A DNA stretch of 64,000 nucleotides from the human T2T-CHM13v2.0 reference genome, Homo sapiens (GCF_009914755.1 NC_060940.1), one strand, 5' to 3'; positions 1 through 18,271 are shown, counted from the first letter of the stretch. Notes: generated from the sequence alone by a model not told the origin. Made by a program: numbers and translations.

Positions 1-373
1 GAGTGGATTTTGTTACTGTTTGCTTTTTCTTGTCCAGGATAATCCAAGACTGGCAGAAAGTGAGAATACCGATTGAGATCCAAGGACATCCTCATGGGAG
101 TCTGTGCAGACAGGTTTTCATCAAGAACCCCTCTCCAAGCAGCTGGTCCAGCCCAGCTAAACTGGGGGCTGCTGTTTGTAAGAAAATTAATGCTCTGGGC
201 CAAGCACGGTGGCTCATGCCTGTAATCTCAGCACTTTAGGAGGCCAAGGCAGGCGGATCACTTGAGGCCAGGAGTTCAAGACCAGCCTGGCCAACATGGT
301 GAAATCCCGTCTCCACCAAAAATGCAAAACTTAGCTGGGCATGGTGGCGCATGCCTGTAATCCCAGCTACTCA

Positions 374-499
<126 letters not shown>

Positions 500-1665
500 T
501 TAATGTTCTGTACCTGAGGAGCACCCATTTGCTGCTACTTCCCTGCCAGGATGAAGGAAAACCAAGTCAGACATTAAATAACACGTGCAGGATCACAGGA
601 TCACACCTTTCACACTGCAGTCTTAGTTTTCTATAAAACCACGTGACCTCTGAAAATACACTCCAGCCTCTGCAACACCTACTCATGACGCTTTGTAAAA
701 TCCACCGCCTTTTAGGGACACCAAGATTTTCGGAAACATGCAGTTTTCTTACCTCCAGATGAGATGTCTACTGTGGATAGGTGACTAGGAGGAGAACCCA
801 AGGTGTGCTGATGGCAGAACAGAAGCACCTAGGATGCCACCAGGGAAACGCCCTGACAAGCAGCTGTGATGCTGTCTTCGAGAAGGTGTTTGCAAACACC
901 ACTGCTGCCCCCCTTCCCTGAGCCCTGACTTCCTAAACCTAAGGCTAAAAGCATCCTGGCAATTCCCGGAAGTAACTTCATTCTAGCAGGATCGAGCCAG
1001 TGGGTGGAGTTTTCTCAGCCCGCCAGGATCACATCAGTGACTGACTTACCCAATGTACTTTTATTTTTTATTTCAACCAATTCCCCAAAGCCCAGAGCAA
1101 CTTAAAACCAGAAGAGCCACCACCATCTCCACCAAAAACAGGGAATATTTTGAGAGTTTAATGATAACTTCACAGCCATCCATTCAGCTGAGTCCCAAGG
1201 AAATGGAAGACACCTGAAAAATGTATTTTTAAATTGATTTAACGTTGAGCCATGTTAAATGTTTTAACTTCCAACCAATGCAATGCCCACCAAAACATCA
1301 ATTAGTCCCAGCAATCAGGCAAGAATATTGGCTTCTGCTCAGGGATTCATTTATTTCAGCTCTGCTAAATATCGTAGAGGAGAAATCCAATGTAGCCTGT
1401 AGCTTCAAGAAAGTGAAATTAAGCCCAAGTAGAAACTAGATGAGGCCCTGGCTAAAATGGTGCCTTTTCTTGCACTGCCTCTCTCTGGTATCTCTCTAAA
1501 GTGAGGGCAGCAACTTGATTGTAAGGGTCTCGTGCTGTTAACAGAAAACACCCTTCCTTCCCCACAGGTTCTCTGTCTCCAAGCTGGAAAACAAAAGAGG
1601 CTGCAATGGGACAGAGAAGGGCTTCCTGCTGAGGAGATGAGTGGGCTTAAGAATTTGCAAGATCA

Positions 1666-2356
<691 letters not shown>

Positions 2357-2372
2357 AATTTGCAAGATCATT

Positions 2373-2378
2373 TTTAAT
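2373..2378 (-). terminator. ATTAAA polyadenylation signal of the otoancorin 3' UTR
   Basis: tttaat on plus strand about 170 nt past the stop, followed on minus by T-rich sequence. Confidence 0.55.
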
Positions 2379-2544
2379 AATTATTTTTCATTTGGGGTGC
2401 ATTTTCACCATCAAGGCCCCAGGGTTTCCCTGCCCTAGATGAGGGTCTGGATCCAGGGAAGGGTGTCCCACCATCTGGAGCATCCTGTCTCTACACATGT
2501 TGGCCAGCTGCTTGGGGCAACACAGGACGATGCGCTCAGGCCAC

Positions 2545-2823
<279 letters not shown>

Positions 2824-3033
2824 CTAGGGAGCTTGTTAGAAACACCAATTCCAGGATCCCCTGGAGATTCTGATTTAGCAAGTCTGCCAGGAGACCCAGG
2901 AATTTGTATTTTAAGCATCTCTCCCAGGTGATTCTGATAATTAAGCAACTTTAGGAAAGAAAAGATTAGGGCTCTGGTCCATAGGAAGGGTTCATCCAAT
3001 GGCAGCCCTCACTTAGGCCCTTGGGGTGAATGA

Positions 3034-3330
<297 letters not shown>

Positions 3331-4018
3331 TAATTTTTGCATTTTTAGTAGAGACGGGGTTTCACCATGTTGGCCAGGCTCATCTCAAACTTCTAACCCC
3401 AAGTGATCCACTTGCCTCAGCCTCCCAAAGTGCTGGGATTACAGGCATAAGCTGCCACATCCAACCAACATCCATCAAAATTATAAATGCAGACCCTGTG
3501 ATCTAGCAATCTCACTTTGAAGAGTTTATCCTACAGACATACTGCACAGATGCAAATTATATCAGGTCAGGAGCTGCAGCATTGTTCATAACAGCAAAAA
3601 AAAAAAAAATAGAAACAACTGCAAGGTCCATCTACAGACCTCTGGTTGAATACAGTTACGGCATAGCCATAAAACCAACAATGGCACAGCTCCTGTGCAC
3701 AGATACAGAACTCCCTCCAAAGTATATGGTTAGGTGAAAAATACAAGGTGCAGAATAAGGTGTATAATAAGCTTTTGTGAAAAGTGCAGAGATCATCTAT
3801 ATTTGATTTGCTGTGTATGCATAGAATATCTCTGGACAAATACACAAGAAGCTGCTAACATTGGTTGCCTCTGGGGAGGGAACAGGGTGGCTGGGGGACA
3901 GGGGCTGGAGGAAAAGATTTCACCACATGCCTTGCAGACTTTACATATTCGGAACCCTGTGCATTATCTATTGCACATATTATCTATTCATGCAAAATGC
4001 TATAACATTTACAAATAA

Positions 4019-4291
<273 letters not shown>

Positions 4292-5337
4292 TGACCTCAG
4301 GTGATCCGCCCACCTCGGCCTCCCAAAGTGCTAGGATTACAGGCATGAGCCAATGTGCCCAGCCTCAATGAAAAGTGTTTTAAAGTAATAATATAATACA
4401 TCAAAAGGCATGATTTATGTTTTCAAGTGCCACCTCTGGCCACTTGTGGCTGCAGAAATGGGGAATACTCCAATTCACCATCCCTATGTGAAGGCAGGAC
4501 AGGGAGACATTCAAGTCAGGAAAAGGTGGAGTGGAGGTTTTAGTCAAGCACCAAGTCCTCTGACTTCTCTGGGCACTTGCCCATGCCGGTACCTACTCCT
4601 GAGACACTGTCTACCTCGCTAAGCCCATCTTCTTCTCACCTTGTGTCTCACCTGAGACATCACTGACTTTAGGAGGTTTCCTGACCCATGTGTGTTCCCC
4701 ATCTCAGCACCCAGCACCTGCCTCATGTTCACCAGGGTACATGTCTTCCCTCCCCGCCAGGCTGCACTGAGAGCTCAATGAGGGTAGGGAACATCTCTGT
4801 TCCCCATCTTGTTAGAAGCTATCTCCCCAGAGCATGGTCCAAATGTGGTGTTAAGAACAGAAGGTACCACAAAGAAGTGAGAAAGTGAAGGGGAAATGGG
4901 GAGAGCTGTAAGAAAGGCATGGGGGAGAAAAAGGAAAGAAGGCCATGTTCCCAGGATCCAATGCCACTCCCTGGGGAGGCTTCTCTATCTTAGCTCAGCC
5001 CTCAGTCACTATCACCCTCCCTGGTCTTGTCAGATTTGAAATATCTTCTTCATTTACAAGAGGGCCTTATCTATCTTGCACACCTCTGTATTCCCAGCCC
5101 CTACTGCAGACTTGGAACATAGTAGGTGCCCAGTAAACATGGGTTGAATTAATTAATATTGGACAGGCCAGGCTTGGTGGCTCGCGCCTGTAATCCCAAC
5201 ACTTTGGGAGGCTGAGGTAGGCAGATGACCTGAGGTCAGGAGTTCAAGACCAGCTTGGCCAACATGGTGAAGCCCCATCTCTACTAAAAATACAAAAATT
5301 AACCAGGTGTGGTGGCACACACCTATGATCCTAGCTA

Positions 5338-5469
<132 letters not shown>

Positions 5470-5769
5470 TCATTATTATTGGATAGTGAGGAGGGAGTTT
5501 GCAAAGGAGCGGCTAAAATGAAATTAGTCCTGAGTTTCTGATGTTATGCGTTCTGGGTAGGGGTGGGAGAACTGGAAGATGTTTAATGCCCCCCACCCAA
5601 GGGCAGCCATAGTTGAGAATCACTAATTCTGAAGCTTGGTAGGGAAGCTTGATAGGGACTTTGGGTTTTTCACTGAGGGCAGAATCCCCAGTGACTGTCA
5701 GAGACCTCGCTCTGAATCTTAAGAACCTCCCCACCCCAGGCCTGACAGGGAGGACAAGGAAGGAGAGTG

Positions 5770-6080
5770 GGGCTGGGACGCGGGGCAGAGGGCGGCTCTG
5801 CTCACCTGCGGGAGAACGCGAGGATGAGGTTCTAGTGGGACCGGCGCTAGCGGGCGCGTCCTGCCAGGAGTGAGTCTTGGCGCCATCTAGCGCCTGCTGG
5901 AGGCTCTGCAGCTGCAGTGGACTGAGCCGCCGGCGCTGGGCGTGGGTCACCGCCGCGGCGTTCTCCGGACCCAGGGAGGCGATCTGCTCCGCGGACAGCT
6001 CCTGCAGGAGGCAAAGGGGCAGCACCCTCACACGGGGCCCCTCCCCGGATTTCCCACATCTCGGGCGTCCGCGCAGGATG
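5770..6080. promoter_or_regulatory. Small CpG-rich island over OTOAP1 exon h
   Basis: Dense CG dinucleotides (cgccgcggcg, ccggcgctagcgggcgcg) against a CpG-poor background. Confidence 0.6.
5806..6001 (-). pseudogene. OTOAP1: OTOAP1 exon h (196 nt): [65 protein letters not shown]
   Basis: ctcctgcag acceptor, gtgagc donor; ORF 5513..6085. Confidence 0.92.
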
Positions 6081-7588
6081 CACACAACTTTGCCATCCCC
6101 TTGTGTGTATCATGTGTGGTCCTCTTTAAGATATTTCCTTAAAATTAGATCACTCTTGCACTACCAAAGTAAATGCATTTAAAAATAGAAAATTTAAAAT
6201 GGAAGTTTCCAAAAATGGAAAGCCGGCAGACTTGCCATAAGCAAGCATTAAATAGGAGCCGCAAAATAAAAATAAAACAATATTGTTGAATCCTAGCTAG
6301 ATTTGTCCGCCAACAATATCTGAACCCCTGGCCTCTTGAAAAAAAAGAGAGAGAGAGAGAATATAAAATGTATTATACAGGGTTAAATTGACACTTCCTT
6401 CTTGAGGTATTTAGAAGTACTAATGGAGAGTTGAAAAGGGAAGCATGATTTCCTCCCTATGTGGCAATGTTGTTTAATGCAATGCAAGACAGCTTCCCAG
6501 TGCTTCAAGTCTTCCACCTCCTGAAACACTGATGTGGAGGGGGAAACACAGGCCTTAAAGATCAGAGGCCTGAATTCGAGCCCCTGCTCTGCCACATACT
6601 TGCTGTGTCACCTTGAACAAATTACACAGCCTCCCTGGGCTTTGGGGATAAATGTGAGATGGCATAGAGAACTCATCTCCTCTGCTGACTGATTCTGATC
6701 CTTTGGTTTGACTTCCTGAGCACCATGTGATGAGCTCTGTGAGGGCTCCATGGAGGGAAAATGCAGTCATCTATTGGTGATATCTGCTATGGACAACATG
6801 AGTTGGGAATTCTGCCGGCCAGACTATGTCTTCAAGGACTGTGAACAAGGTGTCTTCTGAAGTCACTTCCAGATCAAAGGACTTGGTGACTCGTTCCAAT
6901 GGGACTGGAATACGAAGGGGACTCTATATCATCATGTTTATTTTCTAAAGGCCCTGAAGAATCTGGGAAAGATGCTTATGCTCCCTCATCCCTTCCTCTC
7001 CTGTCAGTCACCCTCTCCTCCTCTTTTGTCCAGGTAGATACTTCCCTGGAATCATATCCCTCTGTGTAAAGCCCTTCCAGGAACCCCACTCCAGAACACA
7101 GTTCAGGCTCCTGGAAAAAACTCTGCCCACCTCTCCAGCCTCACACATGGCATTCTTCACTCCAGGAGAGTGGGTGCCAATATTTACAGTTCCCTAGAGG
7201 CAGCATCTTCCTGTGCACCTCCTTCTGCCTGGAACACTGTTTCTTCTTCATCGCCAGCTGTTCTCCAAGATTCAGCATCTGGTCGGTCAAGCGCCATGGC
7301 TCATGCCTACAATCCCAGCACTTTAGGAGGCTGAGGCAGAATGATTAACGGAGCTCAGGAGTTCGAGACCAGCCTGGGCAACACAGTGAGACCCCCCTTC
7401 TCTACAAAAAGTTTTTTTAATTAGCCAAGTGTGTAGTCCTAGTTACTTAGGCTGACGTGAGAGGATTGCTTGAGCCCAGGGGATCAAGGGTGCAGTGAGC
7501 CATCATTGTGCCACTGCACTCCCTTGGGCAACAGAGTGAGACTTTGTCTCAAAAAAATTAAAATTCAGCATCACCTCCTCTCCTCTCA

Positions 7589-7590
<2 letters not shown>

Positions 7591-7636
<46 letters not shown>
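7591..7636. repeat. (CA)n microsatellite
   Basis: About 23 perfect CA units. Confidence 0.95.
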
Positions 7637-7638
<2 letters not shown>

Positions 7639-8410
7639 TGGGGTGGTCAGAGAGGTACTTTTTTGGCTTCCATATACCATTAACACAGAGTCTGTATTCT
7701 AAAAATTATCTCTTTTATCAATGTTGCTGACTTGCGACCCACAGGCCAGATTGAATCTCTAGGCCTACGGCACTGTGTTTTCAAAAATAAATTCAGATTG
7801 GCTGCCAACATTTAATTATCAAGCAATTCCATATGAAAATGAAGATTTCTGACTTCTTCTCGAAAAAAGTGAAAAGGAAAATTCAGCAATCCTGGGCCCA
7901 CATGGCCACACTGCATGAATGTGCTAGGAATGAGAAGCAGCCTCCACATTTAGACAAGGCTCTCCAGTTCACTTCGGTCTCTACCCAGCCTACTGCACCT
8001 TATGTTACCTTTTAGGCCCCTGAAGGCACTATGTGATAACCCCTTCACCTGTGCATCCTTAGGTGCACCTACCCTGGAGCCTGCCACAATGTAGGTGATC
8101 AGTAGGGATTTCTGGAATAGATAAATACCTGTACAAGGAAGCAGCACAACAGCACTCCAAACAAGACCAAGAGAAAGTGCTTAGCAAAATGCCAGCATCC
8201 AAGACCAAGCTGCTTGTCCCATGCAGAGTGCCCCAGAGGGGAAGCAGGTATTTGCTCAATGGCTTTGAGGACTGCTATTTATTGCCCTCAAACAGCTATT
8301 ATGCCTGCAATGTGCTCGGAACTGTCCAGGATGCTGAAGTGATTGAAGGTTGGCTTTCTTTTTTTTTTTTTGAGACAGAGTCTCGCTCTGTCGCCCAGGC
8401 TAGAGTGTAG

Positions 8411-8503
<93 letters not shown>

Positions 8504-9016
8504 TGACCACCCCAGCTAATTTTTTTGTATTTTTAGTAGAGACAGGGTTTTACCATGTTAGCCACGATGGTCTCAATCTCCTGACCTCGTGATCCACCCT
8601 CCTCGGCCTCCCAAAGTGCTGGGATTACAGGTGTGAGCCACTGCACCCGGCCTCAGCTATCTTTCTTGAAATGAACAAGTGATGTGGCACTGGGGGAGTT
8701 TGTCGAGCCTGGTTTGTGTGTTTTATCCAGAAGTGCTGGACAAAATGTGTTCCCACATTACGCAGCAAACAGGAACACCAGAATGACTGCCTCCTCATCA
8801 GAGCAGACTATTCCCACCAAACACTCCCCTAATCTTGTATACAGACAGAAAAAAAGGACCTGTCATTAGATACCCTGCTTCCCTTCCTTCAAATGATCCA
8901 ATTTCACCCTCTCAATTTTTTCATAGCAGTTTTTCACCTGTCCTCTTGTGATTTTCCTAATACTTTTCTTTAAATCAACTAAAAATATATATATATAGAA
9001 AAAAATATATATATAG

Positions 9017-9187
<171 letters not shown>

Positions 9188-9876
9188 TAGAGATGGGGTT
9201 TCACCACGTTGGCCAGGCTGGTCTCAGACTCCTGACCTCAGGTGATTGGCCTGTCTCAGCCTCCCAAAATGTTGGGATTACAGGTGTGAGCCACCATGCC
9301 TGACCTAAATCAACTAAAATATTTTTATTTAATTATATCTTAAAAGGAAATGTTACAGAGGTCCACAATCCCTCATCTGCAATTCCAAAGTCCAAAAATA
9401 ATCTGAAAACTGCAAGTTTTCCCCCAAAGTTTAAGTCAAACTTATTTATCAGCAAAACTTGACCTGAAGTAATGTGAGGCTATTTATTTATAGTCTCTAT
9501 TTATTCCAATTAGTGTGGCTTGTCACAGATTTCTTCACAGAAATATTAATGTGTTTGCTTACAAGGTGCTTCCCCAGACACTGCTGGGGGTATGAAGTTA
9601 CATACAGTAAATGTACAGGGTGATCTTTTCAAAATCTGAGAAATTCTGAATTCTGAACTATATCTGTCCCCAGGGGTTTTCGTAAGGGTTTATGAACCTG
9701 TCATACCACCATAAGTAGAAAATCAGTACCACCTGCTAGAAGAAGAGAAGATGACCGTAAAAATAAATATAATTAAACTACATATTGTAATTTTAAGAAA
9801 AAATGTTTTTTAAAAACACCTAAACTCACACAGATCTCCTCTGACCCCATCAGCAGAGCCTGGTCACAAGCCTCTA

Positions 9877-10098
<222 letters not shown>

Positions 10099-10579
10099 TC
10101 AGAACTCCGCTTGTTTTATTAATGGTGCTGCATAATGCTCAGATCTGAGTGTTCTAGGCAGGCATCATTCCTTACAAAAGGCCCTGGAAATCACACTGGG
10201 GAATCAAGTTCCTTCATCAACTCAGAAAAAAAAAATGTGGGTCACATTAGCCCTGATTGGCCTCCTACAGTGAAACGCATGCCCAGAAGGAACTTCAATT
10301 TACACACTTTCAAATTTTGTATAAACCTACTTAGGGGCCAATTAAATCACATTCTAAACTAGCGGTTTTCCAAACTTTAGTGTACACAAGAATCTCCAAA
10401 AGAGCTTGTTTTAAAAGCAGATTTGCAGACCCACCCTCTGCAACTTCAAATCATGAAATGTAGGTTCTACTGTAACGCCACTGATGTTTGCTACACATGG
10501 CCAAGGATAATGTTTTATTTTGTGTCCCCACATTTAAGTTTGGAAAGAGAGAGAAAGGTATGCTCAGGGTGAGTCTTAC

Positions 10580-10716
10580 CTGCAATGGTCCCAAGCTCCT
10601 GCAAGACAGAACTGGTCCACTCAGTGGGATCCCCAAACACAACTTCAGCCTTCCTCTTAAACTCGGCTAAGACATGTGTGCTGCAGAGCAGGGTCCCAAT
10701 TCTGGCCACTACCACC
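10580..10716 (-). pseudogene. OTOAP1: OTOAP1 exon f (137 nt): [45 protein letters not shown]
   Basis: taccag acceptor, gtaaga donor; ORF 10515..10826. Confidence 0.9.
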
Positions 10717-10777
10717 CTGGTAGTGGTTAAAGAGGGAGGGATATAATATGAGCTTGGACTCTTCAGCCAAAAACAAA

Positions 10778-10780
<3 letters not shown>

Positions 10781-10818
<38 letters not shown>

Positions 10819-10826
10819 ACACACAC
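10781..10826. repeat. (CA)n microsatellite
   Basis: About 22 units with one TA interruption. Confidence 0.95.
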
Positions 10827-10926
10827 TGCACAGTAGGCTCAGCAGGGACAGCAGATCCAGCTTATCCCATTAGCCCAGTGGGATTTTAGCCCAGAAAGGT
10901 GCCAAGTGTCAGGAGGTGGAATATCT

Positions 10927-10975
10927 GGATGGATGGATGGATGGATGGATGGATGGATGGATGGATGGATGGATG
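10927..10975. repeat. (GGAT)n tetranucleotide repeat
   Basis: About 12 units. Confidence 0.95.
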
Positions 10976-11016
10976 AATTAACCCATTTGCCATTTTGCAC
11001 ATTCATATTTTAGTTA

Positions 11017-11160
<144 letters not shown>

Positions 11161-11413
11161 CTAAAAAATAGTAAGAATAAAAGATAAACCATCCAGGAAT
11201 GATCAAGGTCCCCAGGCCTGAGGGGATAAATAAGCTGTTGCTGTAGTCTCCTGACTGATCTCCCATCCTACTCCTCTGGAATCCCCACTCCAAACCATCC
11301 TGGCCTCTGCATCCAAGTTCATGTCCTTAAGATACTACTTCAACTGAGTATGTCCCCTAATCTATGGAAGTGTCTTCAGGCAACGAATCTCTTACATCCT
11401 TCACCAATATTAA

Positions 11414-11920
<507 letters not shown>

Positions 11921-12014
11921 TGAAATGCCCTTCTGCACTTCCAAGTGCAGACATTCTTTTTTTTTTTTCTTTGGTTCAACTCAAATGTCACCTTCTTCAT
12001 GAGGTTTCAGCCAG

Positions 12015-12110
12015 AATGATTTTTTCTTCCTCTATGGTCCTACAGAAATATGTTTACCCCTTAATGATTTTTTCTTCCTCTGTGGTCCTACAGAAATATG
12101 TTCACCCCTT
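12015..12110. repeat. 48-bp direct tandem duplication
   Basis: aatgattttttcttcctct(a/g)tggtcctacagaaatatgtt(t/c)acccctt x2. Confidence 0.9.
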
Positions 12111-12621
12111 CAATTCCAATGTTTACTCTTCAATTCCAAGAGTAGCACACAAAATGCTTTGGTGTTAAACTATTTTAAACTAAGCCTTGATTTAAGGCGG
12201 CTGACACATAAGTCTCCATAATTCTAGCACAGTGGCTATTCATCATTCATAACTTCCTCTGGAGAACCACCTCTCTTGTATTCCTGCTTCATGTGGTTCA
12301 GTCAAAGCTAACTGCACCAAGTTCCAGGAGTGATGAATTTCAATTCATACCTTAGCCTAGCTGCAGTCACTGGTTCTGGATTGGACATGTGATTTAACCA
12401 GAGTCAACCAGAACTTTGAGTGGAGCATTAGGGGAAGAGCTTTCTTTACTCTGGACTTGAACTTAGAAGGATATACACAAGGATCTGCTGGAACCTACCA
12501 CATGCAGGCATAGAGCCTGTCTCTCAATGAAGCCAACACAAAGAAAAGCAAAGTTCAAAAACATGATAAGAGACAGATTCCCACCCAGAGTGTTGAAGAT
12601 CCTGGATCCAGCTGTATCTGA

Positions 12622-12861
<240 letters not shown>

Positions 12862-13179
12862 TAGTTTCACTGTTGGCCAGGCTGGTCTCAAACTCCTGAC
12901 CTCAAGTGATCTGCCCGTTTCAGCCTCCCAAAGTTCTAGGACTACAGGTAGGAGCCACTGCACACTGCACCCAGCCCCTTTATTTGTTCAAGCAGTTTGT
13001 GTTGGGTTTTCTGCCACTTGTAACTAAACATGTGCTGATTCATTTTATCTACCTATGTAGGACCTGAGGAGGCATCCAAGCCAATCCTATGAAGATCAGC
13101 TACAAAATAAAGTCTGGGCTGGGCACGGTGGCTCACACCTGTAATCCCAGCACTTTGGGAGGCCGAAGCAGGAGGATCA

Positions 13180-13449
<270 letters not shown>

Positions 13450-13721
13450 TTATAAGACCTCACAAGGCAAAGATGAGGAGACATCCAAGGAGAGACCCCT
13501 AAGTGGAAGCGAAAATCACAGGCTATAGTCAATCTTCCCAACTCTCTTTGCTTTTTTTTGTTTTTTTTTTTGAGACAGCGTCTCACTGTGTCACCCAGGC
13601 TGGAGTGCAGTGACATGATCTTGGCTTACTGCAACCTCCATCCCCCAGGGTTCAAGTAATTCTTATGCCTCTGACTCCCAAGTAGCTGGGATTACAGGCG
13701 CCCGCCACCACACCCAACTAA

Positions 13722-13895
<174 letters not shown>

Positions 13896-16294
13896 TAGAT
13901 CATTAAGGTGTTGAGAGAAAGTGTTGAGGAAGATTGTGAAATGTTGCAATGAAATTCCGTCTTCATGGGCTGGTGCTTCCCACCCCTCAGGTGTGTTTAA
14001 ATGCTACCTACTCAGAGAAAACTGCCCTCTGGACTCTTTCATCTCAAACAGCCCTTCTTCCCACTATTCCCATGAGCACCTTGTCCATTTTCCGCATCAC
14101 TTATCGTGATTTTTCAAATTTTTCACTTTGATTACTCACTTTTTTGTCTGTATCACCAAGTAGGCTCCCAAAAGAAAAGGACCATATCCAGGTAGTTTAC
14201 CAATGAGTCCCCAGCACCTAGCATAATGCCTGCCACAGAGTAGGAGTTCAATAAGTACTTCTTGAGTAAGTAAATGAATGAGTGAATGAATGAATGAATG
14301 AAACAACATCTGAGTGAGTGACTTACAAAAGTCGTGGGCAATATATATTATTTGACACGCTTCATTTTGCTGCCTTCATGTAATAGACTGGCTTCAGGAA
14401 GATTTCTCATGTTTCTGAAAATCGGACTGGTCAGTGTCCTCATCAAGTTGTCCTCCATGATTACAAAGCTCACAGCTACTATGGGGGCGGGGGATGCAGT
14501 AACACCATGCTTAGACTTATATGTCTTTGACTTAATGGGACTGTATATCCAAAGTGGTAATAGCTAACATTTATTGTAGCTAACATTTCTTGAGTGCATA
14601 CTGTGTGCTGGCACCACTTTGACCACTTTACACATACTATCTCATCTAATCCTCCTAAATAACACTATGAGGTAAGTATTAATAGTATCCCTAGTTTGCA
14701 GATGAGCAAACTGAGGCAAGGAGAGGTTAAGTAACTAGGCCAAGATCACACAGCTAGAAAATGATCGTTCTGGCCAGGCGCCGTAGCTCCTGCCCGTAAT
14801 CCCAGCACTTTGGGAGACAAAGGCGGGCAGATCACCTGAGGTCGGGAGTTGGAGACCAGCCTGACCAACATGGAGAAACCCCGTCTCTACTAAAAATACA
14901 AAATAAGCAGGGTGTGATGATGCATGTCTGTAATCCCAGTTACTCAGGAGGCTGAGGCAGGAGAATTGCTTGAACCCGGGAGGCAGAGGTTGCAGTGAGT
15001 GGAGATTACACTCCAGCCTGGGCAACAAGAGCAAAACTCATTCTAAAAAAAAAAAAGAAGAAGAAGAAAGAGAAAAGAAAATGATGGTTCTAGGATCAAA
15101 ACCCAGGCAGTCTGATTCCAGGGCCCATACTCTTAGCCAGTGAAGGTGTTTGGCTATGGAGAAAAGATGGAGATTCAAGTTAGTTTTCAAATTTTTCTTA
15201 TTAAGTCTTCATAATCAGGTTTCACTAGTTGACTCAGAGCAATTTGGGCTCCTCAACTATCAGGCATGCTCACTTTAAAATGAAAGTGCAAAAATACAAT
15301 TTAAATAAAATTACTTTGAAGATATGGTATTAAATTGTCCTTGCCACTGAAACCCGGAAAATGCAAGCTCAGCCTGCAAGGTGATAAGTTAAAATAAATT
15401 TCCTTGAGTGACGAGACCAGTGTATATGTAATGATTCCAAGACAATTAATACCAACACTTTTAGGCAATATTAACTGTTGAAAAATGAATAGCTTTAAGA
15501 TTTCAATCTCTCTGTTCATCCCTCTGGCTTCTATAATAGTTTTTTCCCTTATATTGGTTTTTGAGCTGAACTATCTGTTAATGTAGTTCCGTCAGGTCTG
15601 ACTATTAATCTAGAAACCTGCATTTAAGGTTGATTGGGAGCTAAAGTTGAAGAACTGACTACAAATGATACATGCAAATGTTAGGTTTTCATATCCTCTT
15701 CAAACATATTGATAAATCTCACTGCCATCCATGAGAATTAAAATCGGTGCGAAGGGAAGGAGATACCCTAGTTTCTGGATGTATTTTTCTGTTTCTCCGA
15801 GCCTGCAAATAGAATGATTTTAATAGCACAGTGTGATGTGGCACTTCTCAAACTAGTCAAAACCAGTTTTAGAGTCAAAGAACCATGGGATTATAGAATA
15901 TCAGACTGGAAGGAACCTCAGATTGTTGGGGCTAACCCTCTCATCTTGCAAAGGAGGAGACTAACCCAGAGAAAGGGGCTGTAATGATGATAATGTTGAT
16001 GATGACAATGCAATGATGTCAATATCAACATAAAAACAGCTAATTTTTATTGACTACTATGTACCAGACATTGTTCAAAATGTTTTCAAGTATTAACTCA
16101 TGTAATCTTCATGGCCAGGATCTGCATGTTGCCCAGCTCTAGGGGTGCACCATTCACAGTGTATTCTGTTTGAATGGTGCCACTCAGAGTTATGAAACAT
16201 GGCCACCGTGATTACAAAAAGCTCAAAAGAGTAGGGGGACATTCATTGGTTTTGGCTGCTCAGCGTCCACACTTTTTCTTTGGAAAATTACCCT

Positions 16295-16782
16295 CCATTA
16301 GCTTCCTATTGCTACTCTACCAAATTACCCCAAACATAGTGGCTTTAAAACTACACGTTTATTCTCTTATAGTTCTGGAGACTGTATGTCCTAAAATGGA
16401 CTAGAAGGATGGGTTCCTTCTGGGAGTTCTAAGAAGAATTCATTTTCTTGCTTTTTCTAGCTTCAAGAGGCCACCTGCATTTCCTTGGCTCATAGCCCCA
16501 TCCTCCATCTCCAAAATCAGCAGCAGAGCACCTTCAGATCTCTTTCTAGGTCCCTCTGCTTCCATTATCATGTCACCTTCTCTATCTATGACCCTCCTTG
16601 CTCCTTCTTAAAAGGACCCTTGTGATTACATTGGGCCCACCCAAATAATCCAAGATAACCTCCTCATCTCAAGATCCTTAATCGCATCTTCAAAGTCCCT
16701 TTTGCTCCATAAGTTAACATAGTCACAGCTTCCAGGGGTTCAGACATGGACATCTTTGGGGGACCTTAATCAGCCCACCACA
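16295..16782. mobile_element. MLT1-family MaLR LTR (opposite orientation to the 18.3-kb copy)
   Basis: caaattacccca..tagtggcttta, ttatagttctggag, ggacccttgtgattacattgggcccac motifs. Confidence 0.65.
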
Positions 16783-18039
16783 TATCCTTCCCCACTCGGC
16801 TCATGTGGTCATGAGATGCTGATAAGATGGACTCCGCTCCCTGATGCAGGCCTCGCCAACCAACATATTCAACCCCTGACCAGAGTGGTTGCTCAGGGGC
16901 GGGCAACTACATGAGTGGAGTCAATGCTGAGGCTTTTCCAAAAACTAATAAAGAAGAGGCACATTTTTATGGGCTTGTTAATTAGGTTGTATATAAGCCT
17001 AGTGCTGAAAATGACCACTGAGAGAGCTGCCTAAGAACGAAGATAACATGGAAGGGCTAACACTTCCCTTTCCAGCAGTACAGTGGATTAGACACCCTAA
17101 ACTCCTCTCCCAATCAAAACAATTAAAATTCTGGGAAGAACTTCTTCTTTAGCCCATGAAGGATTAATTAACATAGGAATTGGCCACCCACCATAAACAA
17201 CTAGAAAATTTAACAAAATACATCAGACAACTGCATCCGGATATGGAACAACAGAATCATAATCCCAGAAGAAGAAAAACAAACAAGATGAGCCTTAAAA
17301 TTACCCTCACTTACTGCCAAAAAGCAGTTTCCAAGACATGGATCAGGAAGAGGAACCAAAACAAGCCCAGTGGCCCAGCTGAGTTGAGGATACAGATATC
17401 CAAGTTCAGAGAGGCCACGGCACTTATCACTTGGGCAAAGTATTGGAGAGGAGGAAACTGCAGAGGGTTCCAGAAAGCTGCAGAGATGTCTAGTACTGAC
17501 TGCTATTTTGCACATGCAAAGAGTGAAACTCCACATAGGCAGGAAAAGAGTCATCAGTAATCAGAAAGGATTAGGCTGAGCAACTTCCAGAGCTCATATG
17601 GAGCTGGAAATAGTTCACATTCTCACCAGCCAAAGTAGAGAGATCTTGAAATACATGGAGCATTAGGTAACATCCTCAAAGGAATCATGTCACAGTAATG
17701 ATGATAAATTAACAACAGAATAAAGGTCACTCTGGTTTTACCCTAACAAAACTCAAAAGGAAGCATCAAAAGGATCAAGCTGATTTGAAAGTAACTTAAG
17801 TGTATGACAGAACAAAGCCCAATACTCTTCAAAGAAATACAACTAAATCAAATACTCAACAATGTAAAATCCACAATGCTCATCACCCAATCAAAATTGC
17901 TAGGCTTGCAAACAAAAAAAGAAAATATGACTCATAACTAAGAGAAAAATCAGTCAACAGAAACAGACTCAAAAATGACCATCATGAGGAAATTAACAGT
18001 AAGGATATGAAGGCAGCTCTTATAAATATGGAATAGTTA

Positions 18040-18243
<204 letters not shown>

Positions 18244-18271
18244 TTAGACTGAACACTGTGATGGTATTTAC

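Noticed and set aside
17180-17560. 126-aa and 114-aa opposing ORFs
   Set aside because: A-rich sequence resembling a decayed old L1 5'/ORF1 region; no splice structure.
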